The translations under genes were made by a program, and so were the position numbers. Shown piece after piece: positions 56,476 to 61,134 of a DNA stretch of 61,134 nucleotides. How positions within the stretch are numbered: the stretch's first letter is position 1; every line of letters starts with the position of its first letter. Location of the stretch: positions 1-61,134 of the forward strand of contig JBFMCO010000046.1 in NCBI GenBank assembly GCA_040754495.1, written 5' to 3'. Source of the stretch: Candidatus Micrarchaeota archaeon. Lineage in GTDB: Archaea; Micrarchaeota; Micrarchaeia; Anstonellales; Bilamarchaeaceae. The notes beneath the pieces were generated by a model. It made no database searches and was not told the DNA's origin. It worked only from the letters and a program-made list of their open reading frames with translations.

Positions 56476-58557
56476 TCAGAGCAGCTTCCTGAAGGAGCAT
56501 GCGCACGCATACAGCGCAGCCGCAATCAGCAGGGATGCGGTGAATCCCAGCGTTATGGCAGATGCGAGAGACAGGACTGGCGCGAGAACCGATGCGAACC
56601 CGTTTACCGCCCAGACGAACCCCTCCGAGCCGGGGGCAACCTTGCGCATCCTCTCGAATCCGCTCGGGAAGAAGATGCCCATGAGGAATGCCGGGACGGC
56701 GATGGCGGCTATCGAGAGCAGGATGGCGCCGCCGGGCGCCAATCCGGAGGCTGCAAAGACGATGTCCTGCCAGAAGAGCGCGAGCAGGACGAGAACCAGC
56801 GGGAGCAGGAGCGCCGCCTTCCGCATGGCTGAGAATCCGCTTGCAAGGCTGCCGGCGGCGCTGAAAATCAGGAAGGAGGAGAAAACGAGGGCAATCGTCA
56901 GCGTCGGGTCGTGGAGGAGCAGGAGGAGCCTCTGGAGGAATGTCGTCTCCACGGCCATGTAACCCATGCCTATCAGGGCGAAAAACGCCCCCCCATGCAG
57001 CCATTCCGCCTTCGCCTTCCTTCCGGCGAGCCTCATGGCAGCCAGCCCCGCCCCGACCAGCGCGACGAAGACGATGAACAGGAAGCCCGCGCCGCCCATG
57101 TTGAAGAACACGAACGGCGAGTCGTCAGTCGCTGCCCTTTCCCCTCCCGGAACGGCGTCCCGGATAACGAATCCGAGCCCAGCGGCGATTCGGGCAGCAT
57201 TCTCCCTCTCCGCTTCCGTGAAGGGCTCCCGCTTCACAAGCAGGGTTGAAACCGTGGCGCCGTCACTGTCCTTCGCCTCCACGAGAAGCATGTGCGCAGC
57301 GGCGTCATCCACGCCCAGCGCAGCGAGCGCGGACTCCGCAATCGCTACGATGCGGGGCATCGTTGCGCCCCAGTAGGTTATCGACAGCATTCCGCCGCTT
57401 TTGAGAGCGTCCATGAACGAGACGGCGGCTTCCCGGGTGTAAAGATAATTCTCCGTAAGGGCGAAGGTGCCCGATGAGACCGCCGCCCACGTGTCCACTA
57501 GGCTGAGCTGTATCATGTCGAATCTCTCTCCGGATTCCGGGACGACCTCCCTCCCGTCCCCCTGCACCAGCTCCACGCCCGGATTTTCGTACGGCGCGAA
57601 AATGCGCGCGCCCTCTATGATGGCGGGGTTTATCTCTATGGCAAGGACCCTTCCCGCCCCGGCTTCAACCGCGCCTATCGCGTCCCTCCCGCCGCCGCTG
57701 CCGATTATCGCGACGGATGCGTTCCTCCCGAGAAGATGGTAGCCGAAATGCGTTATGTCGCGCGCTATCACGCCGTCAGGGTCGCCCTCCGGGAGCAGCG
57801 CAGTCGCGGCGTTGGAGTCTATCTGCATAAGATACGATGCCGGCTCTTCTCCTGCGCCGGAGCCCCATAGCACGGGGCCGGATACGTTGCGGACTGTTAT
57901 GTAAGAGAACGAGTTCCACCGCTCCCACATGACGTTTTCGGAGTTCCAGTCAAGGGACAATAGCGCCAGCGACGCGAAAATTGCAACGATGAGTGCCGGG
58001 ATGAAAAGTCCGGCCCCCCGCTTTTGCGGCCCCCGTCCCACGAGCGGAAGGGCCGTCGAAACAAGGGCGCATGCGAGCATGCCGTGGAACGGCGTGAAAC
58101 TGCCCATAGATATGACCGCGAACAGGGCCCCGGAGCCGTTGCCAAGAAGGTTGGACGCATAGGAGGATGATGCGGCTTTGCTTCTGTCGAGATGGTAAAG
58201 CGTGAGGTAGCTTGCCGAAAAGAGGGCAACAAATCCTGCAAAACCTGCAAAAGGCGGAAGGAAGACGGTGAAGGGCCAGATGCGCGCCATCAGCGCGAAG
58301 ACTATAAGCGAGAGCGGAAGCGCAAGCGACATCCCCTTGGCCCACTCACTCCTTCCATCCCCGTCCTGCCTCAGGTAGTGCGCGCCTGACAGAAAGAATG
58401 CGAGCATGGTGAGGCTTAAGGCCAGGAACGCGAAATGGTACGTAAGATACCCCGAGGCTATCCTCGTGATGAATATCTCGAACGCGAGGACGACGAAGCC
58501 GAGGATGAAAAGCGCCGCCATGAGCCCCGGGCCCTCATCTGCCGCCTGCGCCTTCAT
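56476..58557 (-). CDS. Membrane-embedded spermidine synthase/class I methyltransferase-like protein
   Basis: TM blocks on both sides of a Rossmann domain (WNSFS, IIGSGGGRD, IEINP, GDGRE, FDMIQLSLVDTW, ENYLYT, WAVNGFASV). Confidence 0.8.
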   Translation of the reverse strand: MKAQAADEGPGLMAALFILGFVVLAFEIFITRIASGYLTYHFAFLALSLTMLAFFLSGAHYLRQDGDGRSEWAKGMSLALPLSLIVFALMARIWPFTVFLPPFAGFAGFVALFSASYLTLYHLDRSKAASSSYASNLLGNGSGALFAVISMGSFTPFHGMLACALVSTALPLVGRGPQKRGAGLFIPALIVAIFASLALLSLDWNSENVMWERWNSFSYITVRNVSGPVLWGSGAGEEPASYLMQIDSNAATALLPEGDPDGVIARDITHFGYHLLGRNASVAIIGSGGGRDAIGAVEAGAGRVLAIEINPAIIEGARIFAPYENPGVELVQGDGREVVPESGERFDMIQLSLVDTWAAVSSGTFALTENYLYTREAAVSFMDALKSGGMLSITYWGATMPRIVAIAESALAALGVDDAAAHMLLVEAKDSDGATVSTLLVKREPFTEAERENAARIAAGLGFVIRDAVPGGERAATDDSPFVFFNMGGAGFLFIVFVALVGAGLAAMRLAGRKAKAEWLHGGAFFALIGMGYMAVETTFLQRLLLLLHDPTLTIALVFSSFLIFSAAGSLASGFSAMRKAALLLPLVLVLLALFWQDIVFAASGLAPGGAILLSIAAIAVPAFLMGIFFPSGFERMRKVAPGSEGFVWAVNGFASVLAPVLSLASAITLGFTASLLIAAALYACACSFRKLL

Positions 58558-58627
58558 GATTAGGTGTTCGTGCGGCTATATTAAAAAAGCGGCGATGGGG
58601 CCGGGCTTTAATTGCTTAGCGGGCCAA

Positions 58628-59404
58628 ATGAAGGCCATGCGCGTCAGGCTCTTCTTCAACAAGTCCGTCCATGAGAACGCCGCCTACTACTACGAGCGGG
58701 CCAAGGAGAGCCGGGAGAAGGTCAAGGGCGCCGAGCAGGCGATTGCAGAGACCGAAAAAGAGATAGCCGAGGCGAAGAAAGGGGAGAAGAAGGAGGTGCG
58801 CATGAAGCGCGCGAAGGAGTGGTTCGAGAAATTCCACTATGCAGTCGCCTCCGGAGGCAGGCTGGTGCTCGGCGGCCGCAGCGCCCAGCAGAACGACCAG
58901 CTTGTCGCCAAGCACATGGACGAAAAAGACCTCTTCTTCCATGCCGACATCCAGGGCGGCTCAGTTGTAATCCTGAAAGGCGGGCTGGATGCCGGAGACG
59001 CGGAACTCAACGAAGCCGCGCAGCTCGCGGCGTGCTTCTCGAACGCATGGAAGAACGCGAATGCGGCTGTGGACGTTTATGCGGTCAGCCGGAACCAGCT
59101 CACGAAAAACGTGAGCGGCGGCTTCGTCCCCTCGGGCGCCTTCGCTATCCTCGGCGAGCGGAAATGGTTCCGGGCGGTGAGGCTCGCCCTGCGCATTGGG
59201 AAGGGGGAAAAGGGCGTGGAGCTGCTTCCGGACTGCTCGGCGCGCAGGCTCGCCGACGAGCTCGTTCTCGTGCCTTCGCCTGCCGGAAAGGACAAGGGAC
59301 AGCTAGCGAAATCGCTTGCGAAGCGCTTTTCCGTGCATCCGGACGAGCTCCTCGAGCTGCTGCCGAACGGAAAGACGAAAACCGCCGGGAGCAGCCAGCC
59401 CTGA
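58628..59404 (+). CDS. NFACT RNA-binding domain protein (Rqc2/DUF814-like)
   Basis: SVHENAAYYY, WFEKFH, GGRSAQQND, FFHADIQG, AACFSNAWK and SGAFAI.GERKW. Confidence 0.85.
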   Translation: MKAMRVRLFFNKSVHENAAYYYERAKESREKVKGAEQAIAETEKEIAEAKKGEKKEVRMKRAKEWFEKFHYAVASGGRLVLGGRSAQQNDQLVAKHMDEKDLFFHADIQGGSVVILKGGLDAGDAELNEAAQLAACFSNAWKNANAAVDVYAVSRNQLTKNVSGGFVPSGAFAILGERKWFRAVRLALRIGKGEKGVELLPDCSARRLADELVLVPSPAGKDKGQLAKSLAKRFSVHPDELLELLPNGKTKTAGSSQP

Positions 59405-59461
59405 CGTTTTATCAATATTTATAAGTTTTCTCTAAGATGCTTCGAATAGGTGGTGAAGCCG

Positions 59462-60142
59462 ATGAGAAAAAACATCCTCGTTCTTTTAGGGGTGCTTGTC
59501 ATGGGCGCCGGCCTCGCGCTGGCGATTTCAGGCGCAACGCCGACACAGGTCTCCCAGACGCGGTGGGCCGGCGACGCGGCGTCGAGCCAGACGACGGAAG
59601 GCGGCAACATCTCGGTCGTTAACGTCAGCGGGACCGCCCTCACGGACAAGTGGGCGGCCTATTCCGGCAACGTCAGCGGAAGGATAACCCTTGACGACAA
59701 CGGGGCCGGGGCGGCGGTGTTCAACTGGACATGGACCCCCTCCACAGGAGGAGAGGTGTGCGTCTCGACGAACAGCGCCTACGACTTCACAGCGGCGACC
59801 ACGGCCGCGGCGGCCGGCATAGACACGGCCTGGGGCTTCACGGCGACCGACGCCGACAGCGCCGCCAACACGTACACTTCGACCTGCGGCACCGCGCTGA
59901 CGTTCGCGCAGTCCAGCGTTGCAGGTACCACCGCTGCGGCAGACCTGCAGGGCTTCAGCTCGTTCCTGAGCTGCGCGGTCGACGACACCGGCGCTGCGGA
60001 GACGAACTACGCCTTCTGCACGCAGGTGCAGTCTGCGGGAACGAACTACAACAACCAGTCGGCCCATTACGAGCTGATGGTCCCCACGACCGCAGGTCCC
60101 TCGGCGACCGAGACGTACTTCTTCTACCTCGAGCTCGACTGA
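59462..60142 (+). CDS. Secreted beta-rich Thr/Ala/Ser/Gly-rich protein
   Basis: Signal peptide; EGGNISVVNV, WAAYSGNVSGRITL and C-terminal YFFYLELD; four Cys. Confidence 0.75.
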   Translation: MRKNILVLLGVLVMGAGLALAISGATPTQVSQTRWAGDAASSQTTEGGNISVVNVSGTALTDKWAAYSGNVSGRITLDDNGAGAAVFNWTWTPSTGGEVCVSTNSAYDFTAATTAAAAGIDTAWGFTATDADSAANTYTSTCGTALTFAQSSVAGTTAAADLQGFSSFLSCAVDDTGAAETNYAFCTQVQSAGTNYNNQSAHYELMVPTTAGPSATETYFFYLELD

Positions 60143-60193
60143 GGCCGGAAGGTTCTTTATTTTGCTTTTTCCCATCATTACGGGAGGTGCATC

Positions 60194-61134
60194 ATGAGAC
60201 TTGCCACGCTGCTTATCCTGACTCTGCTCGGCGTATCCTTCGCGGAGGACTACGTCGCAATCAACTCCAATGACGGCCGCGACGTCCTCTCCGGCATATT
60301 CTACGCGAACGTGAAAGGGCTGCCGGTGAAATTCATGCCGGTCCCCGGCGCGGACCCGGACGTCTTTTCCGCGAAAATCGGCTCGGGCCACGACGTACTG
60401 CTGATACAGGGAAGCGTTCCGGCCAGCACTTTCGTGGAGTCGTCCCTGAGGGACCGGAACAATACTATAGAAATCTACGCCTCTTCGGACGGGGGCGCGA
60501 CCAACCTGGAGCTGGCAAAGCGCAGCGGCGCCTCGGGGTTCATAATAGCCGATTCAGCCTATTCAGACAGCGCGCTCTCTGTCATCGCGTACGCTGCAAA
60601 GACGAAATCCTACGTAATACTCGCCGACAAGAACAACATCGCGGAAGTGAAGGAGATCGTGCGGGGCAGGCAGGTCACGCTCTACGGGCTTCTCGATGCC
60701 GAGGTCAGGGACCAGCTCGCGGAATTCAGCCCGCAGGTTATAGGCAAGGGGGAGGACAAGTTCGAGGACAACGCCGAGATAGCCGGGAAGGCAATGGCCG
60801 AGTTCGGCATCGACCGCATAGTAATAGTCGACGGTTCCTTCGTCGAGGAGGGAATGGCGTCCGCTGACCAGCCCGTAGTGCTGTCCGGGCGCATCGTGCC
60901 TGAAACGACGTACGAATTCCTCAAGCGCAGCGTCAGGCAGGGCAAGCTGGCGCAGGTCATGCTGATTGGGAACGAGCTGGTAATCCCCATATACGACATG
61001 CGGGAGCGGATGGAGGAGGAGTTCGCGTCCGAAGGGCTGAACAAGTCGTTCGGCATAGTGGTCAAGTTCGCCCAGATAGTGCCGGCGGCTGGGAGCGGTG
61101 TGCTCACGCTGGACACATTCCACCTTCCCGCGTA
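60194..61134 (+). CDS. Secreted protein, cell-wall-binding-repeat-2-like (partial, runs off window)
   Basis: GGAGG RBS and signal peptide MRLATLLILTLLGVSFAE. DSALSVIAYAA...VILAD and GEDKFEDNAEIA resemble CWB2 repeats. There is no stop before the window end. Confidence 0.6.
   Translation, partial: MRLATLLILTLLGVSFAEDYVAINSNDGRDVLSGIFYANVKGLPVKFMPVPGADPDVFSAKIGSGHDVLLIQGSVPASTFVESSLRDRNNTIEIYASSDGGATNLELAKRSGASGFIIADSAYSDSALSVIAYAAKTKSYVILADKNNIAEVKEIVRGRQVTLYGLLDAEVRDQLAEFSPQVIGKGEDKFEDNAEIAGKAMAEFGIDRIVIVDGSFVEEGMASADQPVVLSGRIVPETTYEFLKRSVRQGKLAQVMLIGNELVIPIYDMRERMEEEFASEGLNKSFGIVVKFAQIVPAAGSGVLTLDTFHLPA

Overview
Archaeal chromosomal segment, GC-rich, most likely DPANN/Ca. Micrarchaeota. 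This call is inferred from the archaeal ribosomal proteins uL1, P0, P1/P2, uS10 and eS32, the AMP phosphorylase plus R15P isomerase pair, two multi-intron tRNAs and VirB2-like pilin family genes; it was not computed. The left end is the edge of an element integrated at tRNA-Asp: a tyrosine integrase whose frame runs through the tRNA, an EcoO109I/PmeII-like restriction endonuclease apparently decapitated by an IS630-like insertion, and the tail of that transposase. The rest holds housekeeping and biosynthetic genes (mgtA, purH, argF, carAB), a block of secreted or lipoprotein enzymes (DNase I-like, GH5, caspase/legumain-like protease with thioredoxin and HEAT domains, Cys-rich proteins), a TnpB-only IS200/IS605 element, and a glycosylation and surface cluster. 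Two tRNAs absent from the ORF track (Asp-GTC, Tyr-GTA) each carry one D-loop and one canonical intron. The most striking unexplained structure is a dispersed family of degenerate 7-bp tandem arrays (consensus about GAAACCG/CGGTTTC). They flank tRNA-Tyr, bracket an EF-Tu-like gene in inverted orientation, form a hairpin, and sit in-frame inside carB and other genes. All calls are from motif reading by eye, without database searches.
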